A stretch of 64,000 nt of DNA, taken from sequence record LC788708.1; one strand, written 5' to 3'. A program made the position numbers and the translations under genes. Shown here in pieces: positions 1 to 9,552 of this stretch (its first letter is position 1; the number at the start of each line of letters is the position of its first letter). Source of the DNA: Escherichia coli phage AZ21. A model generated the notes under the pieces. That model ran no database searches. It had not been told where the DNA came from and saw only the letters and a program-made list of their open reading frames with translations.

Positions 1-467
1 TCGTACGTCCTAATGAACCTCTAGGCAAGTCTCTTGGTATGCTTCCTGGTGATCTAGCAGAAAAGCTAGAGCCTTGGTTGGAGCCAATAGCTGATGGTAT
101 GAAATGGGCCATCGGCGATCATGCATATAAAGGATATGTCGAACGTCAGAAAATTAAATTTTTGGCTATCGAACATGCTCGTGGCAGAACTTTCAACAAC
201 TCCTATGTAATTGTCGATGAAGCTCAGAATATTTCCGTTGAGGCAATGATTTGTCTCCTAACTCGTGTAGGACAAGACTGCCGTTTAATTATCTGCGGAG
301 ATATAGCTCAGAAAGACATTAAAGGTGACTCAGGTCTAGCACTCCTTATGGAAGTCTATGAGAAATACGAAAATGCCCCATTCTCAATGATCGAATTGAT
401 TGATAACGTTCGTTCTGTCGAGTCTAAAGCATTCTATGATATTTTTAAAGACATGGGGAAGGTGTAA
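1..467 (+). CDS. phoH: PhoH-like ATPase, C-terminal part (5' end outside window)
   Basis: Frame is open to the window edge. RPNEPLGKSLGMLPGDL and VIVDEAQN motifs are typical of PhoH. Confidence 0.8.
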   Translation, partial: VRPNEPLGKSLGMLPGDLAEKLEPWLEPIADGMKWAIGDHAYKGYVERQKIKFLAIEHARGRTFNNSYVIVDEAQNISVEAMICLLTRVGQDCRLIICGDIAQKDIKGDSGLALLMEVYEKYENAPFSMIELIDNVRSVESKAFYDIFKDMGKV

Positions 468-468
468 T

Positions 469-690
469 ATGGGAAACGTCGTTCATCTGAGCCGTAAAAC
501 TAAAATACATCGTACTTCACTGAGTGCTGCTAATATTATTACACGTAAGGAAGGAGAAGAAAGTCCTAAGACAACCCTAGCGTGGAAAATTGTAACCTCA
601 AATCCAAATAAACCATTCAATTATAACGAGCTGAGCACCTCCATAGATATTCTATTAAAAGAAGTAGCTAGAGCTAAAGTAATTGAATAA
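469..690 (+). CDS. hypothetical early protein (73 aa)
   Basis: ATG at 469 lies 2 nt after the phoH stop and is preceded by GGAAGGTG. The track ORF start at 400 overlaps phoH. Confidence 0.5.
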   Translation: MGNVVHLSRKTKIHRTSLSAANIITRKEGEESPKTTLAWKIVTSNPNKPFNYNELSTSIDILLKEVARAKVIE

Positions 691-765
691 GCTAAAAAGC
701 TAGACTGGTAATATACAGGGCCTGGGTATGAAAATACTCGGGCCTTTTCTATCAGAAAATTTTAT

Positions 766-794
766 TTGCCTAATGACCAATAATAATGTAGAAT
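766..794 (+). promoter_or_regulatory. sigma70-type promoter upstream of nrdA
   Basis: TTGCCT, 17-nt spacer, TAGAAT. Follows a hairpin plus T-run at about 717-750. Confidence 0.5.
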
Positions 795-832
795 ATTCCT
801 TAAATCCTGATAACTATAAAAAGGAAAGCCAA

Positions 833-3163
833 ATGAGCCATCGCATTGAAAAAGTAATTAAACGTGACGGTACTGTAGAAGACTTTGCTCCTGAAAAAAT
901 CAATGGTTGGGCAGAGTATGGTTGCAAAACAGTTGATGTAAGTTGGTCAGCCATTACTATGGCTGCTCAAAAAACTCTGCCTAAAGGGGTTGTAGATTCC
1001 GACACTCTGATGGATGCATTAATTAAAGCTGCTGAAAGTCTTATTAAAGATAATCCAGCATATGATGTGCCAGCAAAGGAATTACGTCTTGCGCAAATGC
1101 GTAAACGCCTTTATGATTCCTTCGAACCGCCTTCTCTGCGCTTCTTCCATGACCATATGGTTAGCGTAGGTGCATGGGAAGACATGAGTGCATGGATTAC
1201 CGATGAGCAATTTGAAGCTCTGAATCAGGTTATCGACCATGATCGTGACCGTCTTTTTACTAGTGGTGGGCTGAAGCAGTTCTTTGATAAGTATTCCCGC
1301 CGTAACATAGCCACTGGTGAAATTTATGAAACCCCGCAGTTTGCCTACATGGGTATGGCAATGGCGATGCTTTCTCAACCTAACTGGACAATTCTAGATG
1401 CAATCGACCTCTACAACGCAATGTCACTCCACAAAATCAACGTTCCTACGCCGCCACTGGTTGGTCTGCGCTCTAGTGACCGTGGATTTGCTAGTTGCTG
1501 TCTCGTGGATTCCACTGACACGTTGGATTCAATCGACACCGCCGAGCACATCGTCTTCAAAATGGTCGCAGCCAGAGCGGGAATCGGGTATCATCTTGAA
1601 AGCCGATCAATTGCTGATCCGGTGCGAAATGGGGCATTCCCGCATTCCGGAAAACTGCCATATTATCGACACATTGACCGCTCAGTAAAGGCCAATACTC
1701 AGCAAACTCGTGGTGGTTCTGCTACAGTGTCTTATCCATACTTCGACCCTGAAATCATTCAATTGATGCAGGTTAAGCAACAACGTGCTACAGATGAGAA
1801 TAAAATCGATAAGATGGATTATTCTCTGAGCTTTAACAATCTTTTGTTAAAACGTTATCTTAAAAACGAAGATATTACGCTAATGTCATACTTCTATGCT
1901 CCAGAAGTTCATGAAGCGTTTTATAGTGATGACGAGGCTAAATTTGAAGAAATCTACGTGGCAGCGGAGAAACGTGTGGCATCTCTTACAAAGATCGACC
2001 ACGAAGGAAAAACAGTTCCTGCAGCTCCTAAAGTCTCTGCAAAAGAAATCCTAGATACTTGGCTACGTATCCGAATGGAAACAGGACGTATGTATGCTCA
2101 TCACATCGGGGAATCTAATCGTCACGGTAACTTCCTTGATCCGATCCGTATGACAAACCTTTGTGTTGAAATTACTCAGCCTACACGCCCGTTCCATCAT
2201 ATCACAGAGCTGTATAAGACAAAAGAGCAGCTTGATCAAATGAAGCCGGAGGATATTGGTGAAGTATCTCTGTGTAACTTAGGCGGTGTTGTACTTGGAC
2301 GCATGGAATCTCTGGCTGAGTGGGAAAAAACTTGCTACATCCTTCTGAAATTCGTTGATACAATTATTGAGATTCAGGATTATCCGTTCCCAACTATGGA
2401 ATATACGGCTAAGAAACGTCGTAATGTTGGTATTGGCCTGATGAACGCAGCAGGTGCAATGGCAGCAGAAGGTCTGGCTTACGAAGGTATTGAAGCCCGT
2501 AACTGGATCCACCGTGAGGCTGAAAAACTGTCTTACTTCCTGCATAAAGCCTCTGTACGCCTAGCTAAAGAACAAGGTGCATGTGAGTGGTTTGATCGTA
2601 CTAAACCATCTAAAGGAATTCTGGTAATCGACACGTACAAGAAAACTGTTGATGAACTAGTATCCGTAGGCCTAGAAATGGATTGGGAGTCTCTGCGGGC
2701 AGATATTCTGAAATATGGTATGCGTAACTCTGTTCTAACTGCTCAGATGCCGGGAGAAAGTTCTTCTGTTCTGTTAGGTGTTACTAACTCTATTGAACCA
2801 CCTCGTAAGATTGTATCTATCAAGGGTAGTGCAGTAAATAAAGTAATTGCAATTGCTCCGGGTGCAACCGATTGGGAGACGTTAATGAGCTATAAACTGG
2901 CTTATGATGTAGATCGTATCGAGTGGATCAAGTGGGTAGCAACTATGCAGAAATTCTTCAGTCAGTCTATCAGTACGAATATGTACTATGACTACACCAA
3001 GTTTGAGAATGAAATCATTCCTGGCCCAGTAGTAGTTCGTGATTTCATGACTGCTGTTAAGTATGGGTGGAAAACTTTCTATTATGCTAACTTCAACACC
3101 GCAAATGGTGGAGGTGCTGGAGAAGAAGCAGCCGGTTGTGCATTCGGTGGTTGTACTATTTAA
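833..3163 (+). CDS. nrdA: ribonucleotide reductase class Ia alpha subunit
   Basis: 776 aa from ATG 833 with an AAGGAAA RBS. ATP-cone-like VIKRDGTVEDF, TNLCVEITQP active-site motif and a C-terminal Cys pair. The track start at 728 lies in the terminator/promoter region. Confidence 0.93.
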   Translation: MSHRIEKVIKRDGTVEDFAPEKINGWAEYGCKTVDVSWSAITMAAQKTLPKGVVDSDTLMDALIKAAESLIKDNPAYDVPAKELRLAQMRKRLYDSFEPPSLRFFHDHMVSVGAWEDMSAWITDEQFEALNQVIDHDRDRLFTSGGLKQFFDKYSRRNIATGEIYETPQFAYMGMAMAMLSQPNWTILDAIDLYNAMSLHKINVPTPPLVGLRSSDRGFASCCLVDSTDTLDSIDTAEHIVFKMVAARAGIGYHLESRSIADPVRNGAFPHSGKLPYYRHIDRSVKANTQQTRGGSATVSYPYFDPEIIQLMQVKQQRATDENKIDKMDYSLSFNNLLLKRYLKNEDITLMSYFYAPEVHEAFYSDDEAKFEEIYVAAEKRVASLTKIDHEGKTVPAAPKVSAKEILDTWLRIRMETGRMYAHHIGESNRHGNFLDPIRMTNLCVEITQPTRPFHHITELYKTKEQLDQMKPEDIGEVSLCNLGGVVLGRMESLAEWEKTCYILLKFVDTIIEIQDYPFPTMEYTAKKRRNVGIGLMNAAGAMAAEGLAYEGIEARNWIHREAEKLSYFLHKASVRLAKEQGACEWFDRTKPSKGILVIDTYKKTVDELVSVGLEMDWESLRADILKYGMRNSVLTAQMPGESSSVLLGVTNSIEPPRKIVSIKGSAVNKVIAIAPGATDWETLMSYKLAYDVDRIEWIKWVATMQKFFSQSISTNMYYDYTKFENEIIPGPVVVRDFMTAVKYGWKTFYYANFNTANGGGAGEEAAGCAFGGCTI

Positions 3164-3171
3164 TAAAAACA

Positions 3172-3197
3172 AGGAGATCTTCGGGTCTCCTTTTTCT
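3172..3197 (+). terminator. rho-independent terminator after nrdA
   Basis: AGGAGATC-ttcg-GGTCTCCT hairpin followed by a T-run. Confidence 0.7.
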
Positions 3198-3209
3198 TTG
3201 AAATTTTAC

Positions 3210-3238
3210 TTGCTAATCGCTACCAGATTTGCTATAAT
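3210..3238 (+). promoter_or_regulatory. T5 early-type promoter (nrdB)
   Basis: TTGCTA, 17 nt, TATAAT. Confidence 0.7.
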
Positions 3239-3269
3239 ATTCCTGAAATAGTGAGAAAGAGGAAAATCA

Positions 3270-4415
3270 ATGACTACTTTACTAAACCTGAATTGGGATC
3301 ATACTAACGCTGACCTTTTCCTGGGAGATTCTCTCGGTATCGCAGATTATGTACGTGTAGCACATCCAGAACTAGAACGTCTGGCACTTCTGCAACGCTC
3401 TCAATTTTGGACTGAAACTGAAATCAGTCTGGAAGCAGATAAGAAACAATGGCCCAATCTCCCTCGTGAAATTCAGGAAATTACACTCCTGAACTTAGCA
3501 TGGCAAACTCAAACTGATTCCTTTATCAGTCGTGCCCCTGAAGCAGCTATTATGCCACTTGTAAGTCGTCCAGAATTGGAAGGTATGCTCAAACAGTGGA
3601 GCTATTTTGAAGACCTGCATAGTCGTGCTTATAGCAATATTATTCGTAATGTGCTGACTGATCCAGCAGAATTTATTGATTCTGTAACCAAAAACCAAGA
3701 AGCATTCGCGCGCATCGCTGATTCTGTTGAACTATTCGATGAACTGTACCAGTTAGGTCAGTATTTCATCGCAGTACGCGATCATCGTGGAGACAATACA
3801 TATCCAGAAACTGAGTTCCCTGAAGTTAAACGTGAAACTCAGGCTAAACTATTGGACGCTTACTTTGCGATCTATGGTCTGGAAGCAATGCAGTTTTACG
3901 CATCCTTTGCATGTACCTTTGCATTAGCAGAGAACGATATTCTGCAAGGTATTGCTAAAAATCTGCAATTAATCGCTAAAGATGAAGCTCTGCACACTCA
4001 GATGTCCAAAGCAATCATCCAGATTATGTTTCAGCAATTTGACAAAGATCTGGTAGATGAGGCAGTAGCTAAAGCACCAGCACAGCTCCTGAAAACTCTG
4101 AAAACTGAAATTGAATGGGGTCATTTCATTTTCAAAGGTCGTAGTCTGATTGGCTTGAATGCAGAACTTCTAGAAGAATATCTGTACTTTGTGGGGCGCA
4201 ATGCATTTATGCACATCGGTGTAGAATGGCCTAGTCACTTACCAGTAATCACCAAAAACCCTATTCCGTGGATCATGAACTGGTTGGATACTACTTCTCT
4301 ACAGCCTGCTCCGCAAGAAATCCAGATTGGTGCAGCTTACCGTGTAGGTCAGGTAACTGAGACCTCTACTGATACTCTGAAAGATCTGGGTAATGAATTT
4401 GGAGATTTCTTATGA
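3270..4415 (+). CDS. nrdB: ribonucleotide reductase class Ia beta subunit
   Basis: 381 aa. Diiron-ligand contexts FEDLHSRAY and KDEALHTQ. Lies adjacent to nrdA. Confidence 0.92.
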   Translation: MTTLLNLNWDHTNADLFLGDSLGIADYVRVAHPELERLALLQRSQFWTETEISLEADKKQWPNLPREIQEITLLNLAWQTQTDSFISRAPEAAIMPLVSRPELEGMLKQWSYFEDLHSRAYSNIIRNVLTDPAEFIDSVTKNQEAFARIADSVELFDELYQLGQYFIAVRDHRGDNTYPETEFPEVKRETQAKLLDAYFAIYGLEAMQFYASFACTFALAENDILQGIAKNLQLIAKDEALHTQMSKAIIQIMFQQFDKDLVDEAVAKAPAQLLKTLKTEIEWGHFIFKGRSLIGLNAELLEEYLYFVGRNAFMHIGVEWPSHLPVITKNPIPWIMNWLDTTSLQPAPQEIQIGAAYRVGQVTETSTDTLKDLGNEFGDFL

Positions 4416-4945
4416 TTACAGCAATGTATGCAGTTGGGCCGAATGGGGAGTTCGGCCTCCGCGGTAAACTTCCATGGGGTTCCTTCAAAGAAGAACTAGA
4501 TGCTTTCTATTCTCAACTGGACGTATTAAATCCAGATAACATCATCATTGGTGCGGGTACTTATTTAGCTCTTCCATACGCCGTTAGAGAACGTATGATT
4601 AGGGCTTCTGACCTATTTATTCGTGTTGATCGTCCACTGCCAGACGATATTACGCATGATATTTACACTCCAATTTCTAAGATTGGGGATACATTACCTA
4701 CGTTTCTGAAAGATCAGCAGACAGTGGTTTTAGGTGGCGCAACATTATTGTACGAAATGTATATTCATGGACATATTGAGAGTGCTTTTGTATCCACAAT
4801 CTTTAGTAGTCAAAAACTAGAGGCAGATGTACATCTGGATAATATGATTCTAGATTACAACTATGAATCTACTCGTTTAGTTTACGCAACTGGCGCAAAC
4901 AGTGATAACAGCCTGCGATTTGTACAGGAATTGGTTACTTATTAA
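4412..4945 (+). CDS. frd: dihydrofolate reductase
   Basis: 177 aa with an ATGA start/stop overlap with nrdB. GKLPW motif. Sits between nrdB and thyA as in T5. Confidence 0.75.
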   Translation: MITAMYAVGPNGEFGLRGKLPWGSFKEELDAFYSQLDVLNPDNIIIGAGTYLALPYAVRERMIRASDLFIRVDRPLPDDITHDIYTPISKIGDTLPTFLKDQQTVVLGGATLLYEMYIHGHIESAFVSTIFSSQKLEADVHLDNMILDYNYESTRLVYATGANSDNSLRFVQELVTY

Positions 4946-5799
4946 TGGATCAGTATATCGAAGTTGGAAAACGCATTCTATCAGATGGTCAGTGGGTAAC
5001 GAATCCTAGAACAGGGGTTCGTTGCCTCACTATTATTGATGCAGACTTTACTTTTAACGTAGGTGCAGGGGAATTTCCCCTTATTACTACTCGTAAGGCG
5101 TTTGCAAAACAAGCAATAATGGAAATGATTGGGTATCTACGTGGATATGACTCAGCAGCACAATTCCGTGCTATTGGTGTTAACACATGGAATGCTAATG
5201 CAAATGAAAACTCAGCTTGGCTAGACAATCCATACCGTAAAGGTGAGGATGATATGGGACGAGTCTATGGTGTTCAAGGACGTCAGTGGACTAATTCCGA
5301 TGGTCTTATGTTTGACCAACTAGCCAAGATTTATCATAATCTGAAAAGGGGCATTGATGATCGTGGGGAAATTCTAACCTTCTGGAATCCGGGAGAGTTC
5401 TCAAAGGGTTGCTTACGTCCATGTATGCACACTCATCAGTTCTCTATTTTGGGAGATACATTATACCTGAACTCTTTCCAGAGATCTAATGACTTCCTGT
5501 TAGGCCAAGTATTTAACATGGTTCAGTGCTATACGCTTCTAGCATTAATGGCTCAGATTACAGGCCTTAAACCAGGAATTGCACGCCAGAAGATTATCAA
5601 TCTTCATATCTATGAGGATCAGTATAATGTTTTGATGGAGCATAAGCAATTCGATCGTAAACCTTTTGCACCTCCTACTCTAGAAATTAATCCAAATATC
5701 CGAACTCTGGAGGATGTATTGACCTGGGTAAATAAGGATGATTTTACTGTTCGTGGTTACGAACACCACCCTGCTATTGCATACCCCTTTACGGTATAA
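4945..5799 (+). CDS. thyA: thymidylate synthase
   Basis: 284 aa. [10 protein letters not shown] (catalytic Cys) and [13 protein letters not shown] motifs. Confidence 0.92.
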   Translation: MDQYIEVGKRILSDGQWVTNPRTGVRCLTIIDADFTFNVGAGEFPLITTRKAFAKQAIMEMIGYLRGYDSAAQFRAIGVNTWNANANENSAWLDNPYRKGEDDMGRVYGVQGRQWTNSDGLMFDQLAKIYHNLKRGIDDRGEILTFWNPGEFSKGCLRPCMHTHQFSILGDTLYLNSFQRSNDFLLGQVFNMVQCYTLLALMAQITGLKPGIARQKIINLHIYEDQYNVLMEHKQFDRKPFAPPTLEINPNIRTLEDVLTWVNKDDFTVRGYEHHPAIAYPFTV

Positions 5800-5802
5800 T
5801 AT

Positions 5803-6156
5803 ATGTTGACAATACTATTATTTGTTATATTCTTCCTGAAACATTTTATGGCTGATTATCCCCTCCAAACTCCATACATGTTAAGGAAGACCCACAAAAT
5901 AGGGTGGAAACTTCCATTACTAACCCATTCTCTAGTACATGCTGGACTAACCTTTATAATTCTTACTATGTTCACATCACTAGGAATGGCTATAACTTTA
6001 GCTATAATGGAATTAATTCTACACTTTATCATAGATTACTGGAAAGCACAATGCTGTAAATACGATATAAGTGATTCCAGGTTTTGGATAGCTTTAGGAT
6101 TTGATCAGTTACTCCATTACTTAACCTATGCTCTCATAATTTTAATTATAATTTAG
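5803..6156 (+). CDS. small integral membrane protein (117 aa)
   Basis: At least 3 hydrophobic helices. Starts directly after thyA. Confidence 0.6.
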   Translation: MLTILLFVIFFLKHFMADYPLQTPYMLRKTHKIGWKLPLLTHSLVHAGLTFIILTMFTSLGMAITLAIMELILHFIIDYWKAQCCKYDISDSRFWIALGFDQLLHYLTYALIILIII

Positions 6157-6161
6157 CTCAA

Positions 6162-6190
6162 ATAGCCCTTCGGGGCTATTATATTTAAAT
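6162..6190 (+). terminator. hairpin terminator
   Basis: ATAGCCC-ttcg-GGGCTAT followed by an AT-rich tail. Confidence 0.5.
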
Positions 6191-6195
6191 TTCAT

Positions 6196-6224
6196 TTGCT
6201 TATTTAGTGAAATTTAAATATAAT
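6196..6224 (+). promoter_or_regulatory. T5 early-type promoter
   Basis: TTGCTT, 17 nt, TATAAT, with a downstream TATAAATTGGAGG box. Confidence 0.7.
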
Positions 6225-6250
6225 ATATTTTATAAATTGGAGGTACACAT

Positions 6251-6508
6251 ATGGGACTCTTTAGAAAGAAAGTTTATTTAACAGAAGAGCAAGAACACAA
6301 ACTTCTTACTCTATCAGAATACTATCATTTACCATATGATTATTTTGTAGATAGAGCAATAGAGGAATTCTTAGATAGAGAATTAGAGGCTATAAAACCT
6401 AAGCCTCCTGAGCCGTCTTTAGCATCAAAGGGTCACCAAAGAGAATCCCCAAGAGTTCCGCCAATGCCCCCAATTCCACCAAAAACTAGAGTTGTAACAG
6501 AGTTGTAA
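6251..6508 (+). CDS. hypothetical early protein (85 aa, Pro-rich C-terminus)
   Basis: GGAGG RBS and its own promoter. Confidence 0.6.
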   Translation: MGLFRKKVYLTEEQEHKLLTLSEYYHLPYDYFVDRAIEEFLDRELEAIKPKPPEPSLASKGHQRESPRVPPMPPIPPKTRVVTEL

Positions 6509-6524
6509 TAGAAGGTAAAAAATA

Positions 6525-7004
6525 ATGTCGGTTTTCCACATTTACACAGATGGTGCTTGTAAGTCTAACCCAGGTCCAGGTGCTTGGGGTTTTATTGTCT
6601 ATAATGATAACGACGATCGTTTAGGTTCTAAATCTGGTTATAATCCTAAAACTACAAATAATGAGATGGAACTCACAGCTATTGTAGAAGCTCTACGTTG
6701 GTCTGTTAAAAAAGATAATAGACCAATTGCTATCTATACTGACTCTGCTTATTGCAAAAATGGCATGGAAAGCTGGATGTTTTCTTGGCAAAGGAAAGGC
6801 TGGAAGAAAGCAGATGGTGAAGTTCCTCTTAATCTAGAACTTTGGCAGGAAGCATTTAAATTAACACAGCAGTATATCAACTTTCATAATACTAATCCTA
6901 CCTTTATTAAGGTTAAAGGACATTCTGGTATTAGTGGTAATGAAGCTGTAGACGCCTTATGTAATACAGTTATTACTGAAGCTGAAATGGCTGAGATGTT
7001 ATAA
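6525..7004 (+). CDS. rnh: ribonuclease HI
   Basis: YTDGAC..GPGAWG, NNEMELTA, YTDSAY and GHSG..GNE.VD motifs (the RNase HI DEDD set). Confidence 0.9.
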   Translation: MSVFHIYTDGACKSNPGPGAWGFIVYNDNDDRLGSKSGYNPKTTNNEMELTAIVEALRWSVKKDNRPIAIYTDSAYCKNGMESWMFSWQRKGWKKADGEVPLNLELWQEAFKLTQQYINFHNTNPTFIKVKGHSGISGNEAVDALCNTVITEAEMAEML

Positions 7005-7021
7005 ATAAATTAAAAATTTTC

Positions 7022-7050
7022 TTGCTTAAAGCCCTCTAATTTAGTATAAT
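7022..7050 (+). promoter_or_regulatory. T5 early-type promoter
   Basis: TTGCTT, 17 nt, TATAAT. Confidence 0.7.
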
Positions 7051-7077
7051 ATTCGTATTGAAAGTGAGGAGGGATTT

Positions 7078-7356
7078 ATGCGAATTTATAACTCAAATTC
7101 ATTAGGATTTAAACCATTGAGAAAACGTGCACAATCACCTCGTCAAATAAGAAAGGCTAATATTGGTGAGCCAGAGACACGCCTTCCACCTCCTCCAGAA
7201 CAACGTTTAGTTTATCTGGACGAAGAATTAGCTGAACGCGAAAGAAAAGCTCAAGAAGAGATTGAGCGTAAGAAAATGTGTACTGCTCCAGCGTATAATA
7301 AAGGGGCGTATCAATACGTCTCAGATGCCGAACAAGCTAAGATGGTTGGTAGATAA
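7078..7356 (+). CDS. hypothetical early protein (92 aa)
   Basis: GAGGAGGG RBS and its own promoter. Confidence 0.6.
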   Translation: MRIYNSNSLGFKPLRKRAQSPRQIRKANIGEPETRLPPPPEQRLVYLDEELAERERKAQEEIERKKMCTAPAYNKGAYQYVSDAEQAKMVGR

Positions 7357-7372
7357 TTTTTAAAAAATTCAT

Positions 7373-7401
7373 TTGCTAAACGCTTCAAATTCTCGTATAA
7401 T
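7373..7401 (+). promoter_or_regulatory. T5 early-type promoter
   Basis: A-tract, TTGCTA, 17 nt, TATAAT, CATAAATTGA box. Confidence 0.75.
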
Positions 7402-7439
7402 ATACTTCATAAATTGATAAACAAAAAGGAAAACAAATA

Positions 7440-7955
7440 ATGGCTAAGCAGAAAAACGCAAAAACTCAAGCAGCTCCGGCAGTTAAAACTTTCCCGAAGA
7501 CTGAGGCTAATCGCAAAGCTCGGCTGGAACGTCACCTGCGTAAGCATCCTACAGATGCTCAGGCTGCGCAAGCACTGAATAATCCGGCTCCGATTCGTCA
7601 GAAGCCTAAAGCTAAAAATGCCACCCGTAAATCCTACAAAATGGTTATGTATGTAGAAAATTACGGCCACAAATCTGTCCCAGTTTCCCTGAGCTTTAAC
7701 GCTGGGGCTGAATTGTTCTCTCGTAATGGTATGTCTATGAAAGACTATGAGAAGGCAGTTAACCAGAAGCGTAAACCAACAGCAGATGTATTGCGCGATA
7801 CTCGTGGACAGTTTGGTTCTGTTAAGCCAAGTATCTTTGGCGTAGAGTATAGTAAAGATAATGTTCGTGCTCTGTGTTACGGTGTAGGTATTAAGTTCAC
7901 GGGTGATTCTGCTCGTAAATCTGCTAAACCAGCTCGCAAGCGTAAAGCGAAGTAA
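7440..7955 (+). CDS. basic Lys/Arg-rich early protein (171 aa)
   Basis: AAGGAA RBS. Lys/Arg-rich termini. Codon choice resembles the capsid gene. Confidence 0.65.
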   Translation: MAKQKNAKTQAAPAVKTFPKTEANRKARLERHLRKHPTDAQAAQALNNPAPIRQKPKAKNATRKSYKMVMYVENYGHKSVPVSLSFNAGAELFSRNGMSMKDYEKAVNQKRKPTADVLRDTRGQFGSVKPSIFGVEYSKDNVRALCYGVGIKFTGDSARKSAKPARKRKAK

Positions 7956-8019
7956 TAGATAAATAGGGGCGAAAGCCCCTACAATCGACTAATTCTCTAA
8001 CTAATCAAGGATATTTTTT

Positions 8020-8235
8020 ATGTTCTCTAAGAAACCACGTTCTGTTACTGAAATCGTTGCTTCCTTTACCACTATCACTGATGAGCTTCAAGCTCGTATT
8101 GAGGCTGATCAAAAAATCGCTGCTGATATTCAGAAACAGCAGGAAGAACTCGCTTTAAAGTTGGCTGAAACCAACAAGAGTGAAAAATCTGCCCAAACTA
8201 TTATGGAAAATATCCTTAAACTGCTGGGCAAGTGA
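8020..8235 (+). CDS. hypothetical coiled-coil protein (71 aa)
   Basis: AAGGA RBS. GC hairpins flank both sides (7965-7980 and about 8246-8263). Confidence 0.55.
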   Translation: MFSKKPRSVTEIVASFTTITDELQARIEADQKIAADIQKQQEELALKLAETNKSEKSAQTIMENILKLLGK

Positions 8236-8279
8236 TTTAAATCAGGGGGGGGCGAAAGCCCCTCTTATTTGGAGAAACT

Positions 8280-8516
8280 ATGCGTAATTTTGTAGCAAAG
8301 AATGATTTTAACCGTGCTAGCACTCATAAGTCCGCTAGAGATTATACACGACTTTCTAGTCATGAGGTAATGGATACCTGTTATGAAGAGCTGGAAGGTA
8401 GCTGGAATGAGTGTCCCGACTTCTCTATGGAAGAGAACTGGGATGTCAGTGAGGATATGCTTCCTGGTTTTAAAGACCCCAAGAAGTGGGAGTCTATTAA
8501 AGAGACAGCTCTTTAA
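8280..8516 (+). CDS. hypothetical acidic protein (78 aa)
   Basis: GGAG RBS. The antisense 88-aa ORF is judged a shadow. Confidence 0.55.
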   Translation: MRNFVAKNDFNRASTHKSARDYTRLSSHEVMDTCYEELEGSWNECPDFSMEENWDVSEDMLPGFKDPKKWESIKETAL

Positions 8517-8544
8517 TAGTTTTCTACACAATAAAGGATAAGTT

Positions 8545-9246
8545 ATGAAAGTAAAACCATTTGGTATGCTAGATATTGAATCTCTAGGAACTCCAGGAGA
8601 TTGTGGTACTACCCATATCGCAATGCCTTCATTCGCTTTTGTGGCTATGCATGGAATTGATAAAGACCCTGATCTAGTATTTGTTACTTTAGATGTACAA
8701 GATCAACTTAATTCTGGTGCCAAAGTTACAGCATCTACTCTAGCATTCTGGATGGATCAGGCTAAACATAGCCCGTCTGCTATCCACATTATGGAAGCTA
8801 TGAATGAGCGTAATCCAAAACTGGTTGCCTTCCAAAATGGTAAACATCATTGCACTAATAAACTTGGCTCTAACCATGCTGCCTTCTCTATGGCTCAAAA
8901 TATTATGGAGTTGGCTCTAGGCGAAAATGCTTTGTATTATGGCAATGGCCCAGAGTTTGATATGACTATCTACTCTGCAAACACTTTCCATGCTGGAACC
9001 AATGAAGAAATAGTTCCGTGGAAATTCTGGAACTTGGGTAATGTTAGATCTCTTCGTAATCTCTGGATGCAAACTGGCTATAGTTATAAAGCTCTAGAAA
9101 CCGAAGGTATTAGCTGGGCAATAGCTAAAATGGAGAAGATGGACACCATTCGTTATGGGATCTATCCGGTTAAGCACGACCCAGCATTCGATGCCCTAGT
9201 TGAGAGCTATTGTGTTGCAGCTATGATCGAAAAAATGAAAATTTGA
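8545..9246 (+). CDS. DEDDh-type 3'-5' exonuclease (Rv2179c-like fold suspected)
   Basis: N-terminal MLDIESLGTPG (Exo I) and C-terminal KHDPAFDAL (Exo III H-x4-D). Confidence 0.6.
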   Translation: MKVKPFGMLDIESLGTPGDCGTTHIAMPSFAFVAMHGIDKDPDLVFVTLDVQDQLNSGAKVTASTLAFWMDQAKHSPSAIHIMEAMNERNPKLVAFQNGKHHCTNKLGSNHAAFSMAQNIMELALGENALYYGNGPEFDMTIYSANTFHAGTNEEIVPWKFWNLGNVRSLRNLWMQTGYSYKALETEGISWAIAKMEKMDTIRYGIYPVKHDPAFDALVESYCVAAMIEKMKI

Positions 9247-9247
9247 T

Positions 9248-9276
9248 TTGCTTCCGGCTCCAAAATTCTGTATAAT
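9248..9276 (+). promoter_or_regulatory. T5 early-type promoter
   Basis: TTGCTT, 17 nt, TATAAT, CATAAATTTGAG box. Confidence 0.75.
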
Positions 9277-9316
9277 ATATTCATAAATTTGAGAAAACAA
9301 TAAAAGGAAAACAAAT

Positions 9317-9499
9317 ATGCCAGTATCTAAAAATGTTCGTAAAAATGGTAAGAAAGCTACTCGTAATCTGGGTATCCGTCGTATGGCTGAACGTCAATCA
9401 GGTATCCAGAAAATCTTTGATCTGCTAAATCGTGCTAATCCTAAAATTGATAACAGTAACGATACTGTTCTGCGCACCCTGCTGGCAATTGGTCTGTAA
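9317..9499 (+). CDS. small basic protein (60 aa)
   Basis: AAGGAA RBS and its own promoter. Highly basic N-terminus. Confidence 0.55.
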   Translation: MPVSKNVRKNGKKATRNLGIRRMAERQSGIQKIFDLLNRANPKIDNSNDTVLRTLLAIGL

Positions 9500-9552
9500 T
9501 AGACCAAATTTAAACAAATTCAAATCTCAAACTTCATATAAGGAAGCAAATA

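Noticed and set aside
1082-5228. Antisense or alternate-frame ORFs within nrdA, nrdB and thyA (1082-1378, 1398-1688, 2279-2545, 2882-3172, 3063-3251, 3495-3698, 4989-5228)
   Set aside because: They are embedded in strongly supported enzyme genes and have no start context.
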